Both the position numbers and the translations under genes were made by a program. From Verrucomicrobiia bacterium (lineage in GTDB: Bacteria; Verrucomicrobiota; Verrucomicrobiia; Limisphaerales; UBA11358): a stretch of 64,000 nucleotides of DNA. This document shows, piece by piece, positions 1 to 8,464 of the stretch; position 1 is the first letter of the stretch, and every line of letters begins with the position of its first letter. The stretch is taken from positions 4,325 through 68,324 of the forward strand of contig DATCDZ010000152.1 of NCBI GenBank assembly GCA_036510395.1, read 5' to 3'. A model generated the notes under the pieces. That model saw only the letters and a program-made list of their open reading frames with translations. It had not been told where the DNA came from and did no database searches.

Positions 1-2648
1 TCGGCAACATTGGTCAGCATGTTGTTAGGCCCAAATTTGAAAGTGCGCCCCTGACGCTCTTGAAGAACAAACGCGCCATTGGTTTTGGCGAGTGTCATTG
101 TGCAATTTGCGGGTGGCGTGAAGGAACCGTCCGGTTGTTTGGTAAATTGAAGTGTATCGTTTCCAAGATTGACCGACACGGCGTTGTTGATGAGTTGGTC
201 AACGCCCCACTTGGCGATGAGCGCCGTGACCATCCAGTTCTTCGCGTCAAGTGTGCCAGTGTTGGTATAGAGATTGAGGGCTGCATAGGTGGCAACGATC
301 ATCGGGGCCATCTGTTGGACGGTTTCGGTGCCCAAACTGCCTTCGGGATCACTGATAGGCAGGGCATTGCAGTAGTAACTGTTCAACCAGCCCGGTCCCA
401 TGCCCGCCGGATTGGAATTAAGGCGGTCGGATGAATAGGATTGCGTCAGATTCAAGCCTCGCGGCTCCGTTCCGCCCAAAGTCAAGGCGGTGGTCGAGAA
501 TTGCAGACTTCCGTCCACCAAGTTCACCGGGTCGGCTCCAAATTGCGTCGGAATCTGCAACGTGTCGGATTGCGGATTGAAAAATGTCGGCTGGTTGTCG
601 CCGGATTCCTGCACGTAGGGCGGATTGATGGTGGCGTTTGGATTCGAGACATAACCGCCGTGGTAGCCGCCTCCGATAATCATGCCCATTGACCTACCAC
701 CGTTCGCGCTGACTCCCAATTCCACGTAGCCATCTCCCGCCCAACTGCTGGCTCCGGCAACATGGTTGGAGCCATTCTGCGGCAACAACAGGATATAACC
801 ATTGCCGATGAGACCGTCCAAGGTGCTCAATGAGGAGCCATAATTAACGAGACTATTGCGGATGTTTGGCCCGCTTGTCCAGTCGGAACTGCTGGCCAGA
901 TAGACGGGCTGCGAGTTTGAGTTGGCGATGTCGAGCATTTTCACCGTGGACGCGGCTACCAGATTGCTGTCCTGCAATTGCTCGATAATTCCATGTTCCA
1001 TCGCGCTGGCGATGTAGCTGTCCACGTCAAAGACCTGATAGCTTCGCTGAAAGTCGGCGGTGTTCGCGCCGCTGTTTGGCAGCGTGCCGGTCAGTTGTAG
1101 ATAAACGTCCACGTAATAACCGCGACCGGCTTCCTCACCCATGCGTCCAAAACGATGTTGGTTTTCCGGCAATAGTCCCCATTCCTGGCAGAGAAGCTCC
1201 TGCGCTAATTCCGTTTGAACCATCCAGCCCAAGCCCATGACATTGAGCGTCTCGGTGGTGACTTGCCGCGATGTATCCGAGTAGCCTTCGGCCCGGTAAG
1301 CGTCCAATTTCCGCTGCCGTTCTTGCAGCCAATACTGGCTCGGCTCGAACCCATACATGATGGCGTAGGATGAATTTGTGCGTTGATAGGCGTTGGTCGA
1401 ACTTAAATCAAATCCCTTCGATGGTCCGCCATCAATCGGAACTTGCAGTGTGCTGTTCCAACCGCCGCCGTAGGGATGCGTGGCGCTGAAGATGACGTTC
1501 ACTGTGTTTGAAGTTCCTGTGGCTGATGTTTGCAAGACTTCTGAATCGTCCTGCCAAAGCTGCGCCACTCCGTTGTTGGAAAATGTGAGCGAAATTCGGT
1601 CTCCTTCCAGTTGCGGCGTGAACCACGTTTGATTGGTTCCGCCGAACGTCATGGAAAATGTTCCCATGAAATTGGTCGGCTCGTTTTGCCAATTCAGTAG
1701 TGGATAAGTGCTGTTGGTATACATGGGAAATTCCAGAGACGTGCTCAATGGCAATCCGCTTGAGGACACAATCTGCTGCCCGCCGATGAGTTGAGCGTCG
1801 GTGGCATTGGGGATGTTATTGGAGATGTAGCCAAGCAGGTTGCTGTTACACGTCTGCAAATCACTTCGCACGGACGTTTCACTTAATCCGCTGACGGCAT
1901 AGCCGCCCGTATCTGTTCCGCCCGCATCGCTCAAGAGCTTGTTGGTATTGAGCATCATGGCCGAAGCCAAATCAACGCCGCTCACCGGCTCGCTCACCTT
2001 GAAGGCCGGGTCGAGGTAATAGTTGGTGCCGCCCACGCTCAAATTCACCCAGATCCTTTGAAAGGCAATGGTGTTCGTGTCGCTCCCAAAAGTATACCAT
2101 GCCGGATTGCCGCGAGTGCCCATGAGGTAACTGAAAAACAAAGTCGTATTGTCCCAATTCGTATTTTGGAGACTCAATCCGAGCCAATGATGCAGGTCTT
2201 GGTGATTGGCCGGGTTGTCGTAGGGCATTTTCAACATCGCAAATTGATAGCTTGGCGAATAACCCGCCGTCCGCAATAGCGCCACCAGCAGGGCGCATTG
2301 GTCGAAATCGTTGCCGCTGCGCTCCAGCAAGGTCAACGCCGCGCCTTTCTTCGAGCCGAAATAATGCACATACCGGATTTGGTCATGCACATAATTGAAG
2401 ATGCGGGTGGGGTCATCGCCCAAGTTGCTGGCCAGCGCCTGAATATCCGGCGTGACCGCTTCCGCCACCGCCGGTCCGGTTTCATTCAAGGGACTTGCCT
2501 GAGCTTGAAAAAGAGGTTGTGCGCCGCCCGTCTCTTGTGAAGGGGCAAGGGCGTTGGTCGTTTCAGCCCAAGCCGGGTCGGTGCCTTGCGCCCGGCCAAT
2601 GCTGGAAATCGTCAGCAATCCAAAAATCAAATATCGCAATGTTTTCAT
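1..2648 (-). CDS. Secreted transglutaminase-like / RHS-family N-terminal (DUF6531-like) protein, partial (C-terminus beyond left edge)
   Basis: Absent from the ORF track because it runs off the left edge. My minus-strand translation from ATG 2648-2646 stays open to nt 3 (both ends re-checked codon by codon). MKTLRYLIFGLLTISSIGRAQG is a signal peptide. LERSGNDFDQCALLVALLRTAGY is a transglutaminase-core-like Cys motif. GADPVNLVDGSLQFSTTALTLGG...LNLTQSYSS resembles the motif preceding RHS/YD repeats. Confidence 0.7.
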   Translation of the reverse strand, partial: MKTLRYLIFGLLTISSIGRAQGTDPAWAETTNALAPSQETGGAQPLFQAQASPLNETGPAVAEAVTPDIQALASNLGDDPTRIFNYVHDQIRYVHYFGSKKGAALTLLERSGNDFDQCALLVALLRTAGYSPSYQFAMLKMPYDNPANHQDLHHWLGLSLQNTNWDNTTLFFSYLMGTRGNPAWYTFGSDTNTIAFQRIWVNLSVGGTNYYLDPAFKVSEPVSGVDLASAMMLNTNKLLSDAGGTDTGGYAVSGLSETSVRSDLQTCNSNLLGYISNNIPNATDAQLIGGQQIVSSSGLPLSTSLEFPMYTNSTYPLLNWQNEPTNFMGTFSMTFGGTNQTWFTPQLEGDRISLTFSNNGVAQLWQDDSEVLQTSATGTSNTVNVIFSATHPYGGGWNSTLQVPIDGGPSKGFDLSSTNAYQRTNSSYAIMYGFEPSQYWLQERQRKLDAYRAEGYSDTSRQVTTETLNVMGLGWMVQTELAQELLCQEWGLLPENQHRFGRMGEEAGRGYYVDVYLQLTGTLPNSGANTADFQRSYQVFDVDSYIASAMEHGIIEQLQDSNLVAASTVKMLDIANSNSQPVYLASSSDWTSGPNIRNSLVNYGSSLSTLDGLIGNGYILLLPQNGSNHVAGASSWAGDGYVELGVSANGGRSMGMIIGGGYHGGYVSNPNATINPPYVQESGDNQPTFFNPQSDTLQIPTQFGADPVNLVDGSLQFSTTALTLGGTEPRGLNLTQSYSSDRLNSNPAGMGPGWLNSYYCNALPISDPEGSLGTETVQQMAPMIVATYAALNLYTNTGTLDAKNWMVTALIAKWGVDQLINNAVSVNLGNDTLQFTKQPDGSFTPPANCTMTLAKTNGAFVLQERQGRTFKFGPNNMLTNVA

Positions 2649-2666
2649 TTGTTAATTCCTTTCCAA

Positions 2667-4136
2667 TTATTGTGAAACCGACAGCACGTTGCCTTCATTG
2701 TCCAAGTTGATGTTTCCATATCTGACGCCGGTGACCGAATCCAGCCAGTCGGCAAAGGTGTAATCGTAAGTTGAGCGCGTGCTTGGCTGCGCGAATTGGT
2801 TGACAATCGGGCTTAATCCAAGCAAAACATCCCAACCGTCGGACAAACCGTCGCCGCTGGTGTTATAGACGTTCGGATCGGATTTTGAAACCAGCAGTTC
2901 GTAAGCATCTGTCAATCCGTCGCCGTCTGAATCTTTAGGCGTCCCTAGAATCAGGAAACACGCCGTGCTTGGCAGGTTTGTCAGGGTATAGATGTTTCCG
3001 TGGTAGCCCTGTCCCATCCACGCCCAAGGCATTCCGGTTGGGCCGAATGACAGGACTGAATTTGCAAAGACATCATACGGCACGCCGTCGGAGCCTCCCT
3101 GAATTGTGAACGTCATCGCCATTCCGCCGTTGGTAACGCTGGTGGTGACATTTGTAATCCAAATATTGGTGCTGGTGATGGCGGAAACCGAGCCGACAAG
3201 CTGCAAGCCGCCCTGTCCGGTGATGGCGTCATAATAGGTCGGCGAACCGGACGGATTTGAAGGTTCGGAAACGATGTTTTCCATCGCCGTGTTCCAAGGA
3301 TTGATCTCGTAATAGGTGTAATACCAGTCAAAAATGGTTTGAACATCGTTGGAACTCAGCGGGTAATTGTAGGTGGCCACGGTGTTGAACATCCCGTGAG
3401 CCTGATTGGTTCCACTGCTCGAACTGCCAATCCAGAACCCGTTGGCCAGAACATCGGGGCCGGGATAAACCGTCACTCCGGGGCCGTTGGTGGCCAGCAC
3501 GCCGTCCAGATACAAGGCCGTATTCGTCGGCGAATATGTCAGCGCAACAAAATGGAAATAGTTGGTCGTCCATGAAATCGGGGCGGAAAGGTAGGTCGTG
3601 ATGCTGTCAGACAAGTCGTTGGTCTGTGCGGCAAAATAAATGTTGTTTCCGCCTTCATCCACAAAAATACTCCACCAGCCATAGCTGTTATCATCCGTGT
3701 AGCTGCCGACTTCAATCAGGCGTCCGTATTGGCCCAGTCCCGTTCCGCCCGCATTCGTGCTCGACCAGGATGATGGCGCGAACCAAAAAGTAACGGTGCC
3801 TGAATCAACCGTCAGGTTTGTGGTTCCGTCATTTTCATAGACGTTATATTGCAACCAAGCCGGGACATTGGTGTCCACGACGAGGGATGAGCCGTTGCCA
3901 AGATGTGAGTAGTTTAGGTTGGTGAACGAAACCGGCGCGTAGCCGGCGTCGCTTGTCCAGTTGGTACTGTCATAAAATGACCACGAATCCAGCGGCGCGT
4001 TTGTCGGCCCATATCCACCGCCGCCGGATGGCGGCACTTGTGCATGAGCCGTCCCTGCCAGAGAATAGAGCAGCATTGCAGGGATGATCAGCCGGATTAA
4101 CTGATAGTTCAATTTAATGTGATTAACAGTTTTCAT
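2667..4136 (-). CDS. Secreted LamG/ConA-like lectin-domain protein with C-terminal Asp-rich (TSP3-like) repeats
   Basis: 489-aa ORF with an N-terminal hydrophobic signal (LIIPAMLLYSLAGTAHA). LamG-like pattern: GTVTFWFAPSSW...YFHFVALTYSPTNTALYLDGVL...GFWIGS. C-terminal DSDGDGLTDAYE and SGDGLSDGWD repeats. It stops 18 nt upstream of the start of feature 1 on the same strand. Confidence 0.75.
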   Translation of the reverse strand: MKTVNHIKLNYQLIRLIIPAMLLYSLAGTAHAQVPPSGGGGYGPTNAPLDSWSFYDSTNWTSDAGYAPVSFTNLNYSHLGNGSSLVVDTNVPAWLQYNVYENDGTTNLTVDSGTVTFWFAPSSWSSTNAGGTGLGQYGRLIEVGSYTDDNSYGWWSIFVDEGGNNIYFAAQTNDLSDSITTYLSAPISWTTNYFHFVALTYSPTNTALYLDGVLATNGPGVTVYPGPDVLANGFWIGSSSSGTNQAHGMFNTVATYNYPLSSNDVQTIFDWYYTYYEINPWNTAMENIVSEPSNPSGSPTYYDAITGQGGLQLVGSVSAITSTNIWITNVTTSVTNGGMAMTFTIQGGSDGVPYDVFANSVLSFGPTGMPWAWMGQGYHGNIYTLTNLPSTACFLILGTPKDSDGDGLTDAYELLVSKSDPNVYNTSGDGLSDGWDVLLGLSPIVNQFAQPSTRSTYDYTFADWLDSVTGVRYGNINLDNEGNVLSVSQ

Positions 4137-4302
4137 AGATTACCTTTTGGAAGTTGGCTCCCCTTTTGCACCCGCAGCGTGGCTGGATTCGCCAGATTCA
4201 TCTGACCATAAAATCTTGCAACATGAGTCCCCGTTGAGTCCAGAGGTTTTCTGTGACTTTGAGGAAACATTTACCCGACAATTATTATAGCAATGTATCC
4301 CG

Positions 4303-4581
4303 TTGTCAATCATCTTTCCCCATGAGTTCAAAATTCGCGTCTGGCACGCTTCGGGGGTGGCGAAAAAAACACTCCAGTTCAACATCCGCATGTCCGAGGA
4401 ACAGCGCACGGAATTGGAAGCCATGTGCCGCCGCCGCCGCCGTCCGTTGAGCTTCCAAGTGGAACATCTGATTGCCTTGGCTAAACTGCTCATTGAATTT
4501 TGCGATGGCAACGATGATCTGGAAATTGCGCGTGAACGGCTGGCCGCTGCCAAAAAGCGTTTGCCAAAAAAGGGCAGTTGA
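4303..4581 (+). CDS. Ribbon-helix-helix (CopG/MobC-like) DNA-binding protein; probable true start GTG 4357
   Basis: KKTLQFNIRMSEEQRTELEAMCRRRRRPLSFQVEHLIALA fits the strand-helix-helix pattern of RHH proteins. The competing antisense ORF 4140-4658 has no recognisable features. Confidence 0.45.
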   Translation: MSIIFPHEFKIRVWHASGVAKKTLQFNIRMSEEQRTELEAMCRRRRRPLSFQVEHLIALAKLLIEFCDGNDDLEIARERLAAAKKRLPKKGS

Positions 4582-4654
4582 ATCGCAACTGAAACATTTC
4601 GCCCACACCTTTCTAAAAAGTGCGCTTCCCGATTAAATTGTTGGAATAGGTTGG

Positions 4655-5077
4655 TCATGCCGTTGCGGTTTCTTCGACGAGGGAAAGAATGCGGGAAAGG
4701 AAATCCTGCGTGTCAAATGGCTTCTCAATGAAATCCGCTGCACCAAGGTCAAGGCCACGCTGCTGATTTTCAATACTGGCATTTCCGGCCACAAATACAA
4801 TTGGTGTTTCCGCGAGGCGGGGGATTTGCCTCAAACGCGTGAACAGGTCGAACCCACTGCTGCCGGGCATTTCAAGGTCAAGGGTGATTAAATCGAACAC
4901 TTGCGTTTGAGCCAGACGCAAAGCTTTTTCGGCATCCAAAGCTCCTTGTGTTTCGCAACCGGCTCGTGTCAGCAGAAATCGCATCATCGTCACCACGGCC
5001 ATTTGGTCGTCCACCACCAGAATTTTCGCTTTAGCTGTCATAAACCCGTGTCGTGAAGATTTGTTATCAGTTTTCAA
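4655..5077 (-). CDS. Stand-alone CheY-like receiver-domain response regulator
   Basis: KILVVDD...FDLITLDLEMPGSSG...PIVFVAG...ADFIEKPF. The probable start is ATG at 5041 (MTAKAKILVVDD). Confidence 0.85.
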   Translation of the reverse strand: MKTDNKSSRHGFMTAKAKILVVDDQMAVVTMMRFLLTRAGCETQGALDAEKALRLAQTQVFDLITLDLEMPGSSGFDLFTRLRQIPRLAETPIVFVAGNASIENQQRGLDLGAADFIEKPFDTQDFLSRILSLVEETATA

Positions 5078-5143
5078 ATCGAAGTCAACACTGTTCTCTT
5101 AAAAGAACAGAAGTTTCCGGCACTGACCTAGCCTTTAATCTGG

Positions 5144-5449
5144 ATGACTGCTCCGCTCAATCTCGTCGGCCCCCAGGTGCGGCGATTTCGCATCAAGAAA
5201 CATTGCACGCAGGAAGCACTGGCGGCCAAGCTGCAAGTCGAGGGCTGGGATGTCAGCCGCGAATCGCTGGCCAAGCTGGAATCGCAATTCCGCCGGGTGC
5301 CGGATTGCGAATTGCTGTTTCTGGCCAAAGTTCTCGGTGTCGAGGTCATGGATTTATTTCCGGCCAAACCGGATTTGAAAAAACTCGACCCGGCGTTGCG
5401 CCTGAAAGTGTCCACCAAATTTCCCCGCCGCAAGTCCCGCCGTTCGTAG
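5144..5449 (+). CDS. XRE-family helix-turn-helix transcriptional regulator
   Basis: VGPQVRRFRIKKHCTQEALAAKLQVEGWDVSRESLAKLESQFRRVPDCELLFLAKVLGVEVMDLF is a typical HTH_3/Cro-C1 pattern. Confidence 0.8.
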   Translation: MTAPLNLVGPQVRRFRIKKHCTQEALAAKLQVEGWDVSRESLAKLESQFRRVPDCELLFLAKVLGVEVMDLFPAKPDLKKLDPALRLKVSTKFPRRKSRRS

Positions 5450-5519
5450 GCGATGATTTTCTGGGTTCCGATTTCTTCCTGTTTCCCCCCCGCGCTCATT
5501 TGGCTGGCGCGGCTGCGCT

Positions 5520-5543
5520 CCTGAAAACAAGAGTGTTTTCAGG
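5520..5543. terminator. Hairpin between convergent genes (possible bidirectional terminator)
   Basis: Perfect 9-bp stem CCTGAAAAC / GTTTTCAGG with a 6-nt loop, lying between the 5449 stop (+) and the 5580 stop (-). No U-tract. Confidence 0.35.
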
Positions 5544-5579
5544 AACCTTGGATTCGCTTGGGGAAAGGGATGCGGCAAA

Positions 5580-6548
5580 CTATTTTGCCGGGTTGTTGGT
5601 GGCTTGCGCCTGATTTTCACCGTCCGGAAGCAAGTGCCGGATTTGTTTTTGGGAGACGCTGCTGCGAAAGAAAATACAGCCATTATTTTGTCCGTTGACC
5701 TGACGCATATCAGCGGCGTAAGCGCCTTCAATCACCAGCACAAATCCCGGTGGACTGGCAAAGCTGTCATTTTGCGTCGGCAACACTTTGATGGGAATTT
5801 GGGCAACGGCCAGCATGTGAAACGCCACCTGATTGAATTGCATGACCTGCGCCATGTCATCAATTTGGATGGCCATTTTGCGGTCGTAGCGGGCGGCAAG
5901 CTCCAAACTAATCAGGCAGGCAATGAGAAGAGCCGCCCCCATGCTCCAAAAAAAACTGGTGGTCCAAGCGGTTTTCCAAATTCGTTTCGTCCATTCGGAC
6001 TTGGCTTCATCGGCGGCATCCTGAATTTTCTCCAGCGTTGGCATGACCTTCCAAGCCAGATCGTTTGTATGCTGCACGAACGGCGCGATGATTTTCTGGT
6101 TGATGCCGGATTGAATCGAGTTTTGAATCCCCTGCACGATGGCCTTGGTGTCCACCTGTGCGCCAAGATTTTTCATCGTCAATTCAATGGCCGCAATGGT
6201 TTCATCGCATTTTTCTTGGGTTGCGCGGCAAAGCTCGTCGGTCTTTTCGGCGTGATCCGTGATGTTGGCATCGCGGGTTTCAATCGTTTTGGCGAGCAAA
6301 CTAACTTCGTCGCGCAGTTCCTGAAAGGTCGCCAGCGAATCGGCGTTGGCCGAAATCATCCGGGCGGGGATGCGTTCGGCGTAATGGGCATACACGTCCA
6401 GCACGAGAAAAAGCTGGCTAAAAAACTGCGTGCTGTCGCCGTCGGCGAAGCGATAATAAACCGCCCGCGCCAGCTCCCGCTTTTCAGCGGGATAGGCGGC
6501 AAGCATTTCTTCAAACAATTCGGATTCGGGCATAACATCTCCTTTCAA
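5580..6548 (-). CDS. Hypothetical coiled-coil protein with one central TM segment (third gene of the ParA-like operon)
   Basis: 322-aa ORF whose start overlaps the upstream stop by 4 nt. The N-terminal half is helical and acidic; the hydrophobic segment is TTSFFWSMGAALLIACLISL. I recognise no family. Confidence 0.6.
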   Translation of the reverse strand: MKGDVMPESELFEEMLAAYPAEKRELARAVYYRFADGDSTQFFSQLFLVLDVYAHYAERIPARMISANADSLATFQELRDEVSLLAKTIETRDANITDHAEKTDELCRATQEKCDETIAAIELTMKNLGAQVDTKAIVQGIQNSIQSGINQKIIAPFVQHTNDLAWKVMPTLEKIQDAADEAKSEWTKRIWKTAWTTSFFWSMGAALLIACLISLELAARYDRKMAIQIDDMAQVMQFNQVAFHMLAVAQIPIKVLPTQNDSFASPPGFVLVIEGAYAADMRQVNGQNNGCIFFRSSVSQKQIRHLLPDGENQAQATNNPAK

Positions 6549-7372
6549 TTCGTGAGATTCACTTTCGCGCCGCGCTTGGCTGAAAATGGTTCGCCGATGG
6601 GCGGCGCGGTTTTAGGTTTGATGGTGGCCGCTTCAACGGCGGGCAACAGCTTGGCGGCAATCTGGTCGTATTGATTGAACATGGTGGCGAGCCAGTCCTG
6701 CAACACGCCCCGCGCCATGATGTCGAGGCCGAGCGAGTCGTTGCCGATGGCTTCATTGAACGGGATGCCGCGCTGATGGTCGGCCTCTAACTTCGCCAGC
6801 CGAAGCTTCACAAATTCCGACAGCACCGGCACGGTGATGGTCACTGCACCGCAGTCGAGCAATTCCTTTTCCATCGGGCTGTTGTCAAACATTCTGGTTT
6901 TGGATGCCCGCGCCGGATTACGGACAATGACATAATCCACCTGCCTGCCGCAGAACTGGCAGACGGCGGCAAGATTGGTCATCACGTCCAAGTCATCGAA
7001 TGGAAACACCATGAGCGTGATGCCGATGTTCTGCGTGGCGGCGATGTCAAAGAAATGCGTGGCCGATAACGCCTTCATCAGTTGCGCGTCCAGATGCGCC
7101 CGTGGGTCAATCAGGGTGACGGGTTGGGCGGTCGTCTTTCGCAGAATCAAAATGAGTTCGTCCAAGTCTTCGGCCTGGCCGTTTAGCGGTATGAGTTTGA
7201 CCTGGCCGGGGAATAATCGGGACAGAGTGCGGTTGTCGCCGTCCAGATCAAATCCCTGCCACGGGAGGCCACGTTGGTTAAGCCAGCACGCGCGGGCGGT
7301 GGCTTCGATGCTTTTGCCCATGTTACCTTTGGCCTGCATGGGCAGAATCAGGCGATGTTTTATAGTTTTCAT
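6545..7372 (-). CDS. ParA/MinD-superfamily P-loop ATPase (plasmid TraL/MobD-like)
   Basis: Deviant Walker A near the N-terminus (PMQAKGNMGKS), a size of 275 aa, and 4-nt overlaps with both neighbouring genes. Confidence 0.65.
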   Translation of the reverse strand: MKTIKHRLILPMQAKGNMGKSIEATARACWLNQRGLPWQGFDLDGDNRTLSRLFPGQVKLIPLNGQAEDLDELILILRKTTAQPVTLIDPRAHLDAQLMKALSATHFFDIAATQNIGITLMVFPFDDLDVMTNLAAVCQFCGRQVDYVIVRNPARASKTRMFDNSPMEKELLDCGAVTITVPVLSEFVKLRLAKLEADHQRGIPFNEAIGNDSLGLDIMARGVLQDWLATMFNQYDQIAAKLLPAVEAATIKPKTAPPIGEPFSAKRGAKVNLTN

Positions 7373-7716
7373 ATTGGGAGGTTATTGAACTGATATGGAT
7401 TATCTGTTTTGGTTGTTGTTGTTGCTGCCTGCGCCGGCGTCGGTGCCGATGCAGATGGATTCACCGTGTCCGGCTGTGCCGTCACCGCTTCGTTTTCCCA
7501 ATGAGACTGCGCCTGACGTTTCAGGTAGCGCCGGTAGAACTGGTGCAATCCCTGAAACGTGATGACGCAATCCTTTTCGGTGCGCAGCCGGGCGGCGATT
7601 TCCTGCCACGTTCGGCGCTGCTGGCGTTGCTCGCGGATAAACTCCGCGAACGCTTCGAGGCGGCTGCGATAAGCGCGTCCGCCGCCACGCCGTTTAATTT
7701 TGATTTCCGAATCCAT
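7369..7716 (-). CDS. Small basic putative DNA-binding protein (first gene of the operon divergent from the relaxase operon)
   Basis: 115 aa. The Arg-rich N-terminus RRGGGRAYRSRLEAFAEFIREQRQQRRTWQEIAARL is HTH-like. It sits next to the GTTGAA iteron array. Confidence 0.5.
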   Translation of the reverse strand: MDSEIKIKRRGGGRAYRSRLEAFAEFIREQRQQRRTWQEIAARLRTEKDCVITFQGLHQFYRRYLKRQAQSHWENEAVTAQPDTVNPSASAPTPAQAATTTTKTDNPYQFNNLPI

Positions 7717-7750
7717 TCGCCACCAGTTTAGGCCAGCCGATGGCGGTTGC

Positions 7751-7795
7751 GTTAGCGAGTAGTGGGCGGGTTAAGCAGGAAAGTGGGCGAGTTAA
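7751..7795 (-). promoter_or_regulatory. Element-specific conserved box (full copy 7751-7773 plus half copy 7782-7795) upstream of the 7716 operon
   Basis: Read in the gene direction: TTAACTCGCCCACT-n7-TTAACCCGCCCACTACTCGCTAAC, ending 34 nt before the ATG. The 23-nt core is identical to 14060-14082 and near-identical to 9631-9649. Confidence 0.55.
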
Positions 7796-7815
7796 ACGCG
7801 ATAGCGTTTTTACCT

Positions 7816-7916
7816 GTTGAAAGGCGTTGAATCGCCGGGTTGAAACCGGTTGAACGGTGTTGAACCGTGACGTTGAAAGGTGTTGAATCGCGTTGAATTC
7901 ATCAACGCTTTTCAAC
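7816..7916. repeat. Iteron array: 8 direct GTTGAA repeats plus inverted copies
   Basis: GTTGAA starts at 7816, 7826, 7839, 7849, 7859, 7872, 7882 and 7892 (spacing 10/13/10/10/13/10/10 nt). TTCAAC follows at 7911, with a GTTGAT-type inverted variant at 7902-7907. The sub-repeat GTTGAAAGG(C/T)GTTGAATCGC occurs twice. Confidence 0.85.
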
Positions 7917-8230
7917 GCAATTTTTCATGGCGTCCGGCGCGCAACCGAGAACCTACGATTTTTCGTAGGGGTGGGGCGTCCACCTTTTAAGCTGACGAAT
8001 AGGAAGCTAAACAATTGATTAAATACCGGGCGATTAGCGTTGAATCGGAATGTTGCAAATGAATTACCACCATGATGAATTTCAGTCGGATGCAACTGAA
8101 ACGGATGATTTAGGAATCACGTTTGGGAAAGATTGAACCGGCATACGTTTCAAAACCGATGATAATTTCTTAACGGGAATTGGTGATGAAAATTCAACCC
8201 GTATATCAGCATTGATTACCGTCAGCACTG

Positions 8231-8301
8231 AATGGCCGTTTCAGAAACCGGAGCGAAACGAAACGGATGAGCAGAGGAGCGCGGTTTTTGAAACGGCCAT
8301 T
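8231..8301. repeat. 20-bp inverted repeat (19/20 match) with a 31-nt spacer
   Basis: AATGGCCGTTTCAGAAACCG (8231-8250) pairs with CGGTTTTTGAAACGGCCATT (8282-8301). Confidence 0.8.
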
Positions 8302-8332
8302 GAGTGCGTCACCGGATAGGTTTGAATCACGC

Positions 8333-8408
8333 GGCGTTTAGTCTGTCCGGTTTCCGAGAGCCGCAGGAAAGCCGAACAGTCTAAACGCCGTTGCCGCATA
8401 TTGTGGAT
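8333..8408 (+). other. Candidate oriT core: imperfect hairpin followed by a nic-like GCATATTGTGGAT
   Basis: GGCGTTTAGTCTGT (8333-8346) pairs with ACAGTCTAAACGCC (8376-8389) at 13/14 positions. GCATATTGTGGAT lies 6 nt downstream (8396-8408). As I recall, the R388/TrwC nic region is GGTGCGTATTGTCT/AT just 3' of a hairpin. The resemblance is weak. Confidence 0.3.
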
Positions 8409-8464
8409 TGTGTTTCAGAGCGATTCTGAATTCAAAAATTCAGGCAGGCTCGCCGATGGGTTAC

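Noticed and set aside
4137-4302. Left attachment site of the tRNA-Cys element
   Set aside because: I looked here and at 5450-5580 for any part of the tRNA 3' segment (GGAGGCGGGAGTCGGAATCGAACC) and saw none. The left boundary is left open rather than guessed.
4140-4658. 172-aa minus-strand ORF between the LamG gene and the response regulator
   Set aside because: It has no motifs and an Arg/Ser-rich composition typical of an out-of-frame reading. It is antisense to an ORF with a plausible RHH fold. It remains possible that neither is real.
7950-7975. Hairpin CCTACG-ATTTTT-CGTAGG as a member of the GTAGGA...TCCTAC family or as a terminator
   Set aside because: It has only a 6-bp stem, lacks the GTCTC/GAGAC inner landmarks, and has no U-tract on either strand. 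It is probably just a local hairpin.
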